From: Enoplolaimus lenunculus
Taxonomy: Eukaryota
Assembly: GCA_030248215.1 (NCBI GenBank)
Contig: JASANG010000611.1
Coordinates: 310,001 to 374,000 of the forward strand
Direction of reading: 5' to 3'
Length of the DNA stretch: 64,000 nucleotides
The position numbers and the translations under genes are program-made. Of the stretch, positions 49,701-63,595 are shown piece by piece. The notes beneath the pieces were generated by a model. The model was not told the DNA's origin. It made no database searches and worked only from the letters and a program-made list of their open reading frames with translations. Within the stretch, counting starts at the first letter, position 1, and every line of letters starts with the position of its first letter.

Positions 49701-52700
49701 ATTTTCGGATGTCCGGATATATTTTTCGGATAGATATCCAGAAACCGGATGTCTGGATATAGATGTTTTTTATACTCTCGGATATCCGAATAATCCGGTG
49801 TCCTTTTGTACGACAAGCAGGCACCATAAGTATGTGAAGAAGATAGTATAAAGCGCTAAAAGCTATAGACATGTTACATTGCCGCGAAATATTTCGCACC
49901 TGACGTTTTGAAATCAAAACTTTGCCTATTAAGGTTCTAACCGGATAGCATCTGCAAAATTAGTTATAAATCATGTATATATCTCGCGATATTTTAGTAC
50001 CGAAATGGTAGGTAGATTGGTTCAATATGAAATAAAAATTATGAAATTAAAATTGAAACTTTTATGCTTCAATATCCGTTTTGCGCTTTCATCATTTTTA
50101 CTGCTCATTTACACGTTGCACCTATTTAAGCAATGCAATCTTGATTGTAGTTGAGAGTCAATACTGTGTCCGAAACCAAGGGAGGCGCTTAGAATACGAT
50201 TGAAGTAGAACTTATAATGTCATTATGCTATAGCTATACTACAGCTCTCATACCAAAAACAGTTTGAAACGTTTTAAAATCAATACAATTTGAAATTAAT
50301 TAAACTATATTTAACGTATCAAATCAGATACTATGTTCTTAACACCCACAGATTGTTTACGTCGATTTTAAAGATTAGAACTCATTTTAAAACATGAATT
50401 GTGCTAGTGTAGCTTACCGCATAACATAGTAGTCTGACAATTTGTCCTGTCTGGACATTCACTGCAAGCTGGTCCTTCGTTGTACGGCAACTGATTGTCA
50501 ATGTTTCCTCTGAAAAGTAAAAGTTAACTTCCATTCCAAAACTAATGTACTTCTGAGAGGCGGATCCAGAAAAAAACTTAAGGGCGTTAACAGGTTGGGA
50601 TCCACCGAACCAAAACATTAATTTTGACGCGCCTTGACACTTCACTGACGCTGATCAGACTTGAAGAATTTTTCCATTTCTTATTTGACAAAATTTTTTG
50701 CTCATTACGAAGAAGGTTCCCGGAGACCGAACGAACCGCGTTATGTTATCCTCCGCGGACATGTTGAATTAAATATCACATTCTTGGTCCATGCATAGAT
50801 CATGGCCGGACAGTTTAAATGTGGAACAGCAATGGAGACGGCGTAACCGTTCGACTATATCTTTGCTTACTTCGGCTTTAAGGTTTACGCTTTGGTATAC
50901 CCTTATCATTACGCTAAGGCTTAGCCTTAAGCTTCAGTTTGTGTATATGCTTATAGCACTGTTACAGCCCTCATCTATTATATTATATGGTCAGATTCTT
51001 TTCTGTAGGCAAACCGTGTCTTCGTTGCAATGTATGTGCAGCTTTAAGTGACAATACTGAGGTTCAATTTTGCCGATTTTATCCGTGTTCGTGAGCTTAA
51101 ATCAAAGTAATTTATCATTTAGCGTACCCTGGACCATAATTACAGAATAGTATGTATCCATCAGTGACCCCACGACCATGCTCGATGAAATCGCAGGACG
51201 CCGCTCCACATCCTATATGGCACGTTTCCGACCACACCATCTAAGATCAAATAAATGCACACTTGTTGAACATAAAGTACTTTCATTCGGCCAACATCTC
51301 ATTCAACCAACAGTCAAATTTGACATTAATTCATTTCTTCGAAGAGGAAGTGGTCAGGAATACATGGTCAAAAACTGTTTCGCTTCCTCTCAAAGCTTTT
51401 GTATATATATTCTACAAACACCGCAGAAAGTTAACTAATTACTGCTAACCCAAAAAGCATTTGGCCGAATGAAAGCAAACCGATGAATATTTGTAGGTAG
51501 AAAACCTGCAGAGAGAGGGGATGCCGCTCAGCCCCCTCACTTGTGAAAAGTTTCAGACCCACTCTTAAACTTGACAACCTCAAGCTCCTAATAAACTGTT
51601 TTGCCCCCTATCACCGTTGTTCTGGGCAAGGGCTTGCATAGAAAATTATTAATCCGACACCATGAGCGCCAGTTGGCAATATTATGGAGGCATAAGACCC
51701 AAAATTTAAGCTGGACGATTTATACCTTGCCTACGTTTTAATCTGACGTTACTAATAACTTTCCTATTGAACTATCAATTCGGTCACTGATCTAAATTTC
51801 GAATTTTGCTAATAAAAGTCAAAACGGTATAAACGTTCTTTACTGCGATAAGTATAATGTTAACTATACGGGCCTGCCCACTTAGCTTAAGCTTAAAGTC
51901 TATGCTTGAACATAAGCCTAAACATTTGCCTAAGCCTAGACTTAACTCTGTCTGTCTTCAAGTATTAAGTCATCCTGTCTCTGAGTAGGCAGCAGAGCCA
52001 CACACTCCACTCGGACAACCGCGGGTTCAAGGTACATAGCTAAGGTTTAATCTGCGTTAATTATGTGATGTTACATTTTTTACTTAACGGTTTGTTTTGG
52101 AAGTTATTCTAAAAATTTTTTTACAACGTAAATCCAGCGACTAAACGTGAATGCAACAAAATAAAATTTCCGCGGGTAAAGCGCATCACATTTAAAAATA
52201 GTTTACCCACTTACACCTCGGATGTGCAGACCTCACTATATTTTCATTGCCTTTTAAATGTGTCATCGATGAGTGCTTTGGTAAAATGTCCACAACCAAA
52301 TTAGAAGACTGCTATCTTATCTTAATATCACACATTGAGTTTTGTCATAGTTGTATATGGTTTAGTGAGCATTCCAAATCCTCAAAAAAGAATTAACCTG
52401 CGTATAATGACCGCACACTTGGCCAGCCGTGCAGCCGCCTGGGAATGGTCGACCATATGTATAAGATCGGCGTTCACCAGCCCACGCGTCTGCGACCAGA
52501 GTCACATCAGGCAATGCGCTTCCGTTACCCCATGCGTGATTTTCGCCAATGTACAAGTACGGATTGACGTTGACTCGTTCTGATGTTGGCCGATTGCTAG
52601 CGTCGCACTTTTCAGCTTGTCGTTGTGCCAGATCAGCTAGACCTGGATCCCAAGTCTGAATAGGCAACCATTTGTAATTTATTTTACAATCGAATCACGA

Positions 52701-53044
52701 AGTATTCAGTTTTGCAGCATTTGTTTTTCTGTAATACCTTTTAATACGTATATATAAATTTCAAACAAGAGTTGATATATCCTAAACAGTCTTCGCAGCC
52801 ATTTTCAGCTAGAGTTTATATCTCTGGTTTAAAATTGAACGCCAAAATATGGTTTATTTGCTGTTTGTGGCACATTATAAACTAAGTACCGAATATTGAC
52901 TGGTTAAAGTTTAAAAGGAAACGACACAGTGAAAACATACCAGTGCTCTCATATTGGACGAACCAACTGATCTGCGGAGTCGATTATGACGTTCTAATAT
53001 CTGTTCGATTTGTGTCTCTGAGAAAGGTTGTCGTGAACGCAACA
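46752..53044 (-). CDS. CAP/SCP/TAPS (venom allergen-like) protein with Thr-rich linker and two ShKT domains; 5' exon not located
   Basis: Exons 53044-52941 (ILERHNRLRR), 52655-52398 (WDPGLA..GENHAW..CGHYTQ), 51240-51128 (MVWSETCHIGCG..CNYGP), 50509-50418 (GN..PYNEGPACSECP), 49565-49308 (poly-Thr), 48326-48198 (ShK1), 47311-46752 (ShK2 + tail, TAA); phases are consistent. Confidence 0.88.
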
Positions 53045-56000
53045 CTGTAAAATACAGAACAAATATTAATCCGGTAAATAATTTACAATCTTCCAAAAAT
53101 TCGTCCACAAACAATTGCAAGTCCAATTAATATATTGGCACACAGGAGCACCTTTTTTGGCAGTGAACACAGTCCGTTCAAAATAAACTTGGGCTGCTCG
53201 TTTAGTTAACGTTAAAATCACATTTTTCAATTTCGTCTTTGATCTAATTTTTAAGTCATTTTCACGGTGACAATCCATGTTAATCCAAATTTTAGGCACA
53301 CTTACATAGTGGAAGCAGTGCCAAAAACTACAAGAGTGAGGGCATAAGATTCCCGTCTTTCTACAGCAGTCTCACCCACCCTTAACCTAAAAATTTTTTT
53401 ATGAAAAAAAGTTATTGCGCGTTCGTATTCTTCCCCTTTAATAATTGCTGTTTTTGTATATATCTAAATAATTTTCGTTTTGAAAAAAATGGCAGCAGGG
53501 CCAGGAGTAAATAGCGCCTTTCTCATATGACATAATATTTGTTCTTTGGTTTAAAGCCGTGACTATGGTTGCCGGAGACACTTCGAAAACGAAACTTCGT
53601 ACCCTTTAGCATTGGCGAATCAAATATTTTTGTGCACAGATCAGGGTTTCAGATACTTCTGCTCTAGTTGGCTAGGGAGTCAACCATTCGTGTTATCTTT
53701 AAAACCACTTGCGGATCCAGACGAGAGGAACGTACCCGTCCCCTGCCAGAAATTTTTTGTGATAATTTAGTAAGGTTCCTCTTACCTTACAATTTTTCTC
53801 ATCAGAAAATTTTGTAGCAAAAAATACAATTTTTGCCCTCAGAATATCTTTTGTGGCAAAATAATAAAATCGCTAACTACAGTTTTTGCCAATGTAAAGA
53901 ATAGGGTCGGGATAGTATTATAAGCATATTCCTGAGCCTAAGCTAGCCTAAGCCTAAGCGTAAGAATGTTCATATTCCTAAGCCTAGCCATAACCTAAGC
54001 CTAAAAGCCGAGCAAAACAAATAGTCTAAAGCTTAAGCTTATTCCTTTCTTGTCCCACAGAAAAACATTCCGCCGCGGATCTTTACATCGGCCCAATTTT
54101 TGAACCTCAGAAAATTTTTTGACGATAAAATGATAAGCTCCCTACCTTGCAAATTTTGCGTTTCATATCGCTTGAAAGTCCGCTCCCCTATTTCAAACTT
54201 TTTTTGGATCCGCCACTGTATTACAGCCGCCAAAATATTTACTATAGCATGGACCCTACCAAATCGTACCTGTGTGACGAACAGTAGAAAAAACCCGGGT
54301 AATTAACGCCAATGCTATATTTTTTGGTATATCGACGGTCAAACGACGCTTAAGACACAGAAGGAAACCACGCGAGCAAAACGAACAACAAGCCATCAGG
54401 CGCAATTTTAGTAAATCCCATCGAGACACAAACAGGACAGTTATTACTCTTGTTATGAAAAAATTTCACCTGCTGAATTGAAAACAAAATTTATATATCG
54501 AAAGGTGAAATTTATCAAACCAAAACATTTTGAATGCTTCTTTCTTTCAAACCCGGCTATATTTTCGCTATTTATTAAATAATTACGGCGCTATAGTCAT
54601 CTTGTGGCGCCCTCCGCAAGTCTAAATGAAAATAGTACCCTAACTTGCCTCCGTCTCCTCGCAGCAGCAGAGGCCAAATTATAATCACGATCAAAAACTG
54701 TAACAAATAATTATGATTCATTGAACAGATAACACCAGTCATGAGTGCAACTTTTTTGGACTAAAAAATTGTATAAATTAATGTTTAACGCTTTTAGAAT
54801 TGAGTAATTTTCATTTATTCTGCAAAAAATAACTAAACATAAATTAACTTTAGGTGCATCGCGGTAAATGATCTTAATCCTTTTAGGAGTGGTGCTCGCC
54901 ATAGGGCACTACCTATGGCTTTTTTGCACGGCTAACTGTGAGGGCATGTACAATTTAGGTAATCTGGTTATAGACTATACAGCATATAGTGATTATATGA
55001 AGCCAGATGCTTAAAGATCAAAGATTTAGAACTTGAGCCCATTTTTGTCAGATTGTCAATTTTATGAAACTTCAAAGTTTCTTAATGGATACTTCAGATT
55101 AGGCCAATAACGAAATATTAAACCACTTGAAACCAAGCACTGCTTTCTTTCTTCCAAAAAGCTTTAGTTTCATTTTATTACACCAGGCTAAGCCGGATCG
55201 TAAGCCAAAACCTAAGCCGAGCTCTCGGGGGCATTGTCCGACACCTAAGTTACGCTAAAAAGAACCCGCGGTGAAAGTGGACTGGATCCTGATTTCGCAA
55301 TCAACTCATACAACGAACCAATAGGGCATGGGTTCATGCTCACAGGAATACATGAGGAAGGACTTTATTGTCATGTTGAAAGCTGTAAAAAACCTTTGTT
55401 ATATTAATTATAAGCTTAATTTTATGCACTGTTTCAAATCAACAATCTTCGTAATTAACAAAAATCACGACTACAAACCATGTTTGTATTTAAACTGGCT
55501 AAATTTTGGCGAATATTAAAATTCGAAACAAAACAAAACGCGAGGATATTCCGCTCATTCTCACGTATAGTTTGTATTCTGAAACGCATATGAGTTGTGA
55601 TATTCCTGAAGAAATTTGTTTTTGTCTCATCTTGTAAAGTGGAACAGTTATATAAAATGTAATAGGAAAAATCAAAAACACTGCACAATTTCCGTCAAAA
55701 AAATGCATTATATATACAAAACTCAGGTATGAACAGTGTTGTGTGTAAAATTTAAACGCGTTTGACAAACTGAAATTGGAAGTTGCAACATTTTAAATTG
55801 ACGATGTGGTGGTGTAAAGTAGTATTCTACAGCAGTCGAATAATTTGAATTGGATAGAAAGAAAGTTCATTGAACAAACTTGAAAAGATAGTGAATTGCG
55901 TCATACAACAAACTGTCGATTGAAAACGAATGTACCTACCTCATTCATTAAATCAGGAAAATAAAATTTTAACTTTGCGTTCAATTCATCACCAACGCTT

Positions 56001-56462
56001 AGAGTTTCACAATGGTTCACAACAGAGATTTCTTTTCACTTCCCAACATCCATCTAAAAATCATTACTAGCGTATACTTTATTTTCTTCAAAATTTAATT
56101 TTTATTTTTGGCCCAATCTATGGGAATTGGGCATTGGATTCAAAAATTTTAACACAATTTACACTGGCGTGTCGTCATGGATTTTCCATAACGGTAGGTG
56201 TATGTAAATGTCTTTATTTTATGCAAAAACAATCTTTGAATTGTGGGGATCTTTATTCGTCTTTTATGGCTCAAAAAATTACTTTTGCTGTATTTCAATA
56301 TCAGAGCATTTAAGCCGCAAGTTAGACGAGATTAGGTACAATTCAAAGCAAACACCAGGTTTGACGGAAGCACTTAAAACCTGAAATACGTGTACTGTTA
56401 GACCTACGACATAGTGCATGTGAAATGTTTAACTTTAGATTATAAGTTTACAGGAACTATAA

Positions 56463-56714
56463 CACTGTAATTCCAATGAGTTGATAATCTACTCAGCTAG
56501 AGAGTTAGTGTTTTCTGAGTTGATAAAACAGTATAAACGTTTGCTCACTCAGAGTTGAGCTTATTCCCATCTGAGCAGCTGATTTCGGATGAGTTGAATC
56601 ATTAACTCATAGTGAGTTTTTTGATTCAATTTTGAGTTCTGAAAGTCCTAACTCAAACTGATTCATTCAACTCATTCAGAGTTAAAATCAACTCTCACTT
56701 GGATACTTACAGTG
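56463..56714. mobile_element. Palindromic MITE
   Basis: CACTGTAA...TTACAGTG ends with GAGTTGA/TCAACTC subrepeats. Confidence 0.6.
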
Positions 56715-58642
56715 AAGAAAACCAAAATATGCATTTCCGCAGTGACAGTTTGTTAGTGCGCGAAATTGTCCATATTCTGACAACCGCGACGAAATGTAGC
56801 ACCAGTGAAAAATGATATCGAGACAAATACGACTCGTTGCGGTAGGAAAGATTTTCTACTAAAATTATACATTACTAAAATTAATGTTGTTTCTCATGAA
56901 TTTTTGTTTTGAATAGAAGCAAACACTGTTGAACTGCTGAAACTGATCAATAGTGTCGTTGAAACATTAAACGAATTGTTTACAAAATACGCTTTAAATA
57001 TCAATCGATCTGCGATGGCAGACAACTTCTTTTGTGAAGACAGTTAATACCCACATACAAAACGAACTTTTTGTCTAGAAATATTAAGATAGCGTAATGA
57101 ATGACTCTTTTAATTTAGAAAAGGATCCTGAAGAGTGTTATTGCTGCACCAAAGCTTGTGTTCATTTCGACTGAAGCAAGTATATATTGGCTATTTTGAC
57201 ATTTCCAGCTTACAATTTGATGTAATCATTACTTGCATCAGCTGTGCTAAATGTTTATTATATATGCAGCAGGCAGGGTGCAACCGGAATTTCAGTTCCG
57301 GTAGGGAAATCTAGTATTTTTCACTATCCGGTTCCGGTAAAAGAAATCCGGTATTTTTTCACCGAAATTTTTCGGTATTTTCGGTATTGAAAATTATTTC
57401 TCATTCAAAAATTTAAGAAAAATTGGACGATAAAAGTTTTGTCGGAGGTTCAGGCAATTTCGGTAGTAAAATTTTACATAGTTTTGCAAAATTTATTCGT
57501 TTGGCACGTTGCGTTTTAACATTTGGCATAATTTTGAGGAAAGAATCAAGATTTTGCAAAAATAAGCAGAAAACCAAACGATATAACAAACAATTTATAC
57601 GTCATTTTAACTACCTAACTTCGCCTCACCTCCGGCTTCACCTCCGGCTCCGTCGTTTTGTTGTCCTCCGGCTCTTTTATTGTTCACCTCCGGCTGCACC
57701 GTGGTACGCAGTTCCGCATTGTTCTGAACGACGGTTTTCTCGAAATGTCGTAAGTCAGGGTGCAGTCTGCGGTGAAAACTGGAGGCACATCAGGTCAACA
57801 TATTTTGTCTTATCCGGAACCGAAGCTGGAGGTGTAACAAAATTAAGTCTACCCTAAGCCAAGCAAAAAAATCTGTCTAAAGCTTAAAGTTACATTTTTC
57901 TAGTCCCACAGAAAAACATTTCGCCCTAGATCTTTACATGGTCCAAAAGTATTAAATATGTTTTTGTCTGCCATCACATTTGCGGCATGCAAATATTCAC
58001 CGTGCTTTCTGAAAATTTAATAATGGGAAAATGGCGCTTGCATTAAAATTTTCACGATTTTGGAAGAATTAGCGAATATCCCCCTTTACACAAAAGCTCG
58101 AAAGCTCGCAACCCCAGGTGCTGCCAGTTTATCAAAATTTTCGACTCATAGAGTTACGGCTGTTTCTTGAGTTAAGTCCAAAATTGTATTAAGTGAAAGG
58201 TCCTGTGTCTCTGTAAACTTTAGCCATTGTGATCCATTTGTACTCTATGTTTCATTCAAAAAGTTTGTGCTTTTATTTTGCGACTAGTTTATTGGACATA
58301 TGAACGCCTTTAAAGCCCATTTATATTTTGAGTTCCTGTTGGAGTATAATTAATCTACGGTGGTTTTGTAGAATCGAACTATACAAAATAGATTGTAATT
58401 ATGCGAATAAATATTCACAAACCATCAATAATCAAAAATTCACAACCACTGAAATCGTAAATTTTTAACATATCCAGATTATTAAATGTTAATTCAAGCG
58501 TTGCATATTTTTGGCTTGTTTCGTGTATTTATAATCATAACTTCCGTTTTGTTTATACCTAAATGACCATTCACGTTGCAGTGGTCAACTTTTTGTTTGC
58601 GTTAATTCGTTAGCTAGCGAACATATTGCCATCAGTTTCATC

Positions 58643-61600
58643 ATGCCTGGAAGTGGTGTAAGTTTGAAATTCTGTTCTATGTTACCTGTTTATCAACGCA
58701 ACTGAATTTGGGGGATGAGAAGGTATCGAACTATTTGCCGGTTGTTGCTACAAAGTTTTAATCAATAAGTCTACGTATGCTGACAACAACCACACAATGT
58801 GCCACTGTTGAGGTTGACTTCTGTCGAAATCAAAAACTACGGGGCAGAAGCAACAAACTAAAAACTGGACCCAGTTGAAGTCATAACATCTTCCAAAGCA
58901 ACTGATCCGTGTTGTTTTATTTGTGGCAATTGGATTTATGTACCTAGGATAACGCCTTTGAAGTGATTATTTTATTTAATCTACGAAGTGTTTGTTTCAG
59001 AAATTATATGGTCTTCGCGACAGTTTTCGCACTCATCGCATATTAGTTGCAGCCGAATATTCAGGCGTTAAAATCAATCTTGATAACAGTTTCGAACTCG
59101 GAGTTACAAATGCCGATGAGAAGTTTTTGAAGAAGTTTCCGTTTGGACAAGTAGGAGAGGCGGTTTTTTTCTGTCGCTGTCGGGGCTGCGTAGTGTAATA
59201 CAAGAAGTGGTTTTATGGGCATGTCAGCCAATTAATTAAACGTTAAAAAATTATCTCCCGTGTTTTTCGACAATATTCTTGTAACAACTCCTTAACGGGT
59301 GGACCAAATGTGACGATCGTGGTTTCAGTTTACTCCCACAATCAATAAGTGTTAAAGATTTAACTGTATTATTGTTAACATGTTTTTGGTTTGCACTGCC
59401 ATTGAAGGTTGAGTTCGATAATTAACAGTGTTATGTTAGTACGTACTGTACTATTACGTATATTTATACCAATGGTTGTATATTTCACTGTGCGTATAGA
59501 ACGTTTTCCGATTATTGATAAATTTAAAGAATCGTATCATGAAATACGATTCTTGTTAAGCTCCATATCATTGTAGGTTCCAGCGCTTGAAGATTCCGAC
59601 GGAAAAACTCTTTGTGAAACAAGTGCAATATCACAATATGGTAAGTAAAGTATGCGTTGCTTCAACAGACTTGAAAGTTATTTTATTGGTTAAAACTAGT
59701 ATTTGTATTTTTCAAATATTATTACAGATTATGCGCCGTTCACAATAATTTTGTCAACGGTGCCACAAAATATGCCATAGCCCAAGGCTATCACGAGGTC
59801 ATTTTCAAAATGACCTCGTGATAGCCTTGGGCTATAAGCGAAATCGCTTATAGCTCAGGGCTATCACGTGTCAGCACCGTCCTCGAAACTCGTGATAGCC
59901 CTGAGCTATCACAAACCACCTCGAATTTAGCCACACACACCACATACACAAACACAATACAAACGCACACAACGCAAATTAACACACAAACAACACACAA
60001 ACCTATCAAGTTACACATCTTAAAATTTGCAAATATTCGTTTTAGCCCTGAACTAGGGCAAATTTTGTGGCACCGTTCGATTTTTAAAATTTTGAGGAAG
60101 ATGGAAAATTTTATTGTACTAAAGATATACCTAGTCCATTTACCCTTTACTGCTAGGTCAGTTGGCCGGTCAGCTAGTTTTACTGCTAAAGATATGAAAC
60201 TGCATATGAAAGAGGGAGCCAACTGCGTGTCAGTCGCCCACAACTGATTTGGATCACGCGTTCTGAAAATAAAAGGCCCATGTATAAAGAGCAGTGCACG
60301 ACTTTCAGCAAATTTTGTAGACACTCCATAAAACGCCTGAAAATATTTCTAGACACCCTTACGCCTGAAAATTTTTTCCACTTTGTTCAAAATATTTCTA
60401 GACACCCTACGCCTAAAAATTTTTCAGTCTGTAAAGCGTGAAAATTTTTCCAAGTCCACTCAGTGTTTCAAAATTTAAGGTTTGCCACAAAACTCCTCAT
60501 AGCACTGAGCTATCGTGCAGAGCAGAGGATTAAAATTTTAAAATTGAATTTGCTGGTATCACGTTTCATAACACACATAAACATATGTGTGTTATGAATA
60601 TAAATATATAGAAGAGGAAATTTTGCGATAGCTCAGGGCTATCACGAGTTTCGAGGACGGGGCTGACACGTGATAGCCCTGAGCTATAAGCGATTTCGCC
60701 TATAGCCCAAGGCTATCACGAGGTCATTTTGAAAATGACCTCGTGATAGCCTTGGGCTATGGCATATTTTGTGGCACCGTTGACAAAATTATTGTGAACG
60801 GCGCATTAGTGTTTTATATGTATTGTAAAATACTTTTGTGCAGCCGGATGCCAAAAAATATCCGGAGCCGGATAATCTAATATACGGCCGTGAGCCATAT
60901 AATTAATTCAAATCTAATACTAGAGGACATTCAAGTATCATAGATATTATTCAAACTGACTGTTATGTGCAAAGTAATTTGTTGAAGTGCCGATGGCGAT
61001 ACTCACGAAAACTGCCGATTATTACCGACGCCGATGCCTATCAATCGGCTCGGCACATCCCTACAAATAAATTATATTTGTGATCAGTTGGAATGTTGTT
61101 TTAGTGCTTTGAGGTGGGACATTGCTATTTTTTCGTCTCTCAACACGGTGAGTTAAGATGTATCAGTATCGGCATTCTTTCAAAACAGGTGTAAAGTAAA
61201 TCTGAGAATCAGTAAGTTTTATTTTTGACTGCTTTGTCGTAATGACGAAATAACAATCTAGCCAATTGCCGAACAACATATTCGTATGCAGTATATATAG
61301 GCGTATGTCATTGAACAAACTAATACACGTATTTGCGTTGCGAATATTTTCTGACATGTGGTCCTTAGCGGCATATGTATGTTTGCTTTGTTTTAATGTA
61401 GTTGGTTACAAAGTCGCTGGATCGGATGAACTAACACGAGCTCAAATTCAGCAGTGGGTCAGCCTGGCTGATAATGAGTTTCTTCCGGCAGTACTTGGTT
61501 GGGTGTTGCCTTCGGTTTCAGCAATGCAGTTCAACAAACAGGTCTGTTTTTGCTGTTGAAGTAAATTGTTCAAATTTGCTGTTGCAGTCTGTCTTCAAAG

Positions 61601-62879
61601 TGCAGATTGTTATCTTCAAATTTTAAGTCGATGTTGAAGACGATAATTAACATGCTATTCGAGCACAAGATTATAACAAAATATTAAGATGCAAATGTGC
61701 TTATTCCTATCTACAGAAAATAAATAGTATGTATTTTTGCAGGCGGTCGATGCGTCAAAAGTGCAGCTTTTGAAACTGTTGGGGACGTTGAACGATTATT
61801 TGTTGACACGAACCTATTTGGTCGGCGAGCGTGTTTCACTTGCAGATATCACGTTGTCTTGTAATTTGTTGCTTGCATTCAAACATGTGAGTTGTGAGTT
61901 GCGTGCTGTAAAATCGATTAGTTCTCAGCAATTCATGATTATTGTTTTAAAATGACAATAAATTTATTACAAGACAGAATTACGAACAAATAATGAAACG
62001 TAACACTCTGGTGAAGTCTTGTGTTTTGTCCATCGGCTATAGATTGAGGTAGTCGGGTTTTGCACAGTGAAGTACTGAAAAATTCGAATCGTTGTGATTG
62101 TTGTTTAGGTGCTCGATCCGGCAACTCGCCAAAATCACGTGAATGTCACCCGATGGTTCAACACATGTATTCATCAACCGCATTTCAAGGCTGTCCTGGG
62201 TGATGTTCAGTTGTGTGACAAGCCAACCGAATTTGATGGTATGGGTGTCGCTATACTTATCGTGCGGCGTCGACCGTCACCGTGTTGACGTACGGCGACG
62301 GACAGCGCTAGAAAACTTTAAAGAATTTTATAAAGTAGAGCGCGGCAACGCAAATCCATAAAGTTAGAAAGTGAACTTAAAACGGTATGAAAACGCTGTT
62401 ATCAAAATAATCAGCAGTAACACGATTGTTTGTTGATATCCAAAGTTCAAATCAAATTTCGGATCCGAAGATCCGGTAGTTTATATTACCGGATCCGGAT
62501 CTTAAAAATTGCAGAGATCCGACCCGGATCCGGATCTCGGATCCGGTCGATACCTGCTCCATATTCACGGAAGCGTAATCTACCTTCGATGGTATATTTT
62601 CGGCGATTGTCAGATAATATACGGATGAAATATATTTAATTTTTATTGTCATTTTTTAATAAAATATCTTAATTTCTTAATTCCGGTAAAAATTTACCGG
62701 AATCGTAAAGTCAAAAAAAGCCGGAACCGGAATTCCGGCTTATCCTGTTGATATCCTGTAAGGTTACTACACGTGTTTCGGAAAAGTTGTGTTTGTGATA
62801 TATCTATCCGTTTATTATGTTTTAGCCAACAAGTTTAAAAGTCTTCAAGCAGCTGCTGGATGTGCGCATGGCAAACAAG
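58643..62879 (+). CDS. eef-1G: Translation elongation factor 1-gamma (eEF1B-gamma), GST-like N-terminal part; continues beyond the window
   Basis: Exons 58643-58657, 59001-59150 ([15 protein letters not shown]), 59577-59640 (VPALE), 61402-61541 ([14 protein letters not shown]), 61743-61886 ([17 protein letters not shown]), 62109-62238 ([20 protein letters not shown]), 62826-62879. Confidence 0.92.
59732..60805. mobile_element. Young non-autonomous DNA transposon with ~180-bp TIRs (Harbinger-like TTA TSD)
   Basis: TTA|TGCGCCGTTCACAATAATTTTG...CAAAATTATTGTGAACGGCGCA|TTA; arms are nearly identical. Confidence 0.88.
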
Positions 62880-63595
62880 GTAAGTTCTACTTATTAGTGT
62901 TTTAATGCTCTGACAAATGGAAGAGTTGGCTTGAAAAATAGAAGTTTTTAATGTATACACCTGCAATGTGTTACACTGACCAATGTTGCTGGATAACCTT
63001 ACCATTCAACAGGAAGTCAAAGCCGAATTTGTGTGTGTGGTACACACAGTAAATCGGGGTATTTTCAACCCAACTAATTACTCGGGCAACCAGTTTGTAA
63101 TGGTAATTGTGGAGTTCATTTATAACATGTATCTATCTAATATCTAGCTATATTATTAAAACTGCAACACCCCACATACGTATTTTGGGCAAAGTTCCAC
63201 CATAGAACAAATAAGTTTGTTTCAGCGACCTTTGTATATTATTCTGGTTTCGAAAATTAACAGTACATTATATCGGTAGAGACGGACATATTAGTAAAAC
63301 GTGACACATTTTTCATGCTACTTGGACACTATGTCTGTTTCACGTGCATTGGGATATTGGAGTTGCAAACCATGCGCCCAATTTGACTAGTTGGTGTAAT
63401 TTCGCAACGAATAATCTTGAATTTACGTCACCTTCAACAAATAGAGAAAACTCAGATTGCAATAATTACTGAAAGCTAAAGTTTATTTACATTTAAGTGA
63501 AAGTGTGCAGTTTGTGAGTCAGACGCTATCTAAAACGTTTATTAAGCTGAATAGGTCTCGTTTGAAGCTTTTTCATAGTAATTGTGTTACACCAG

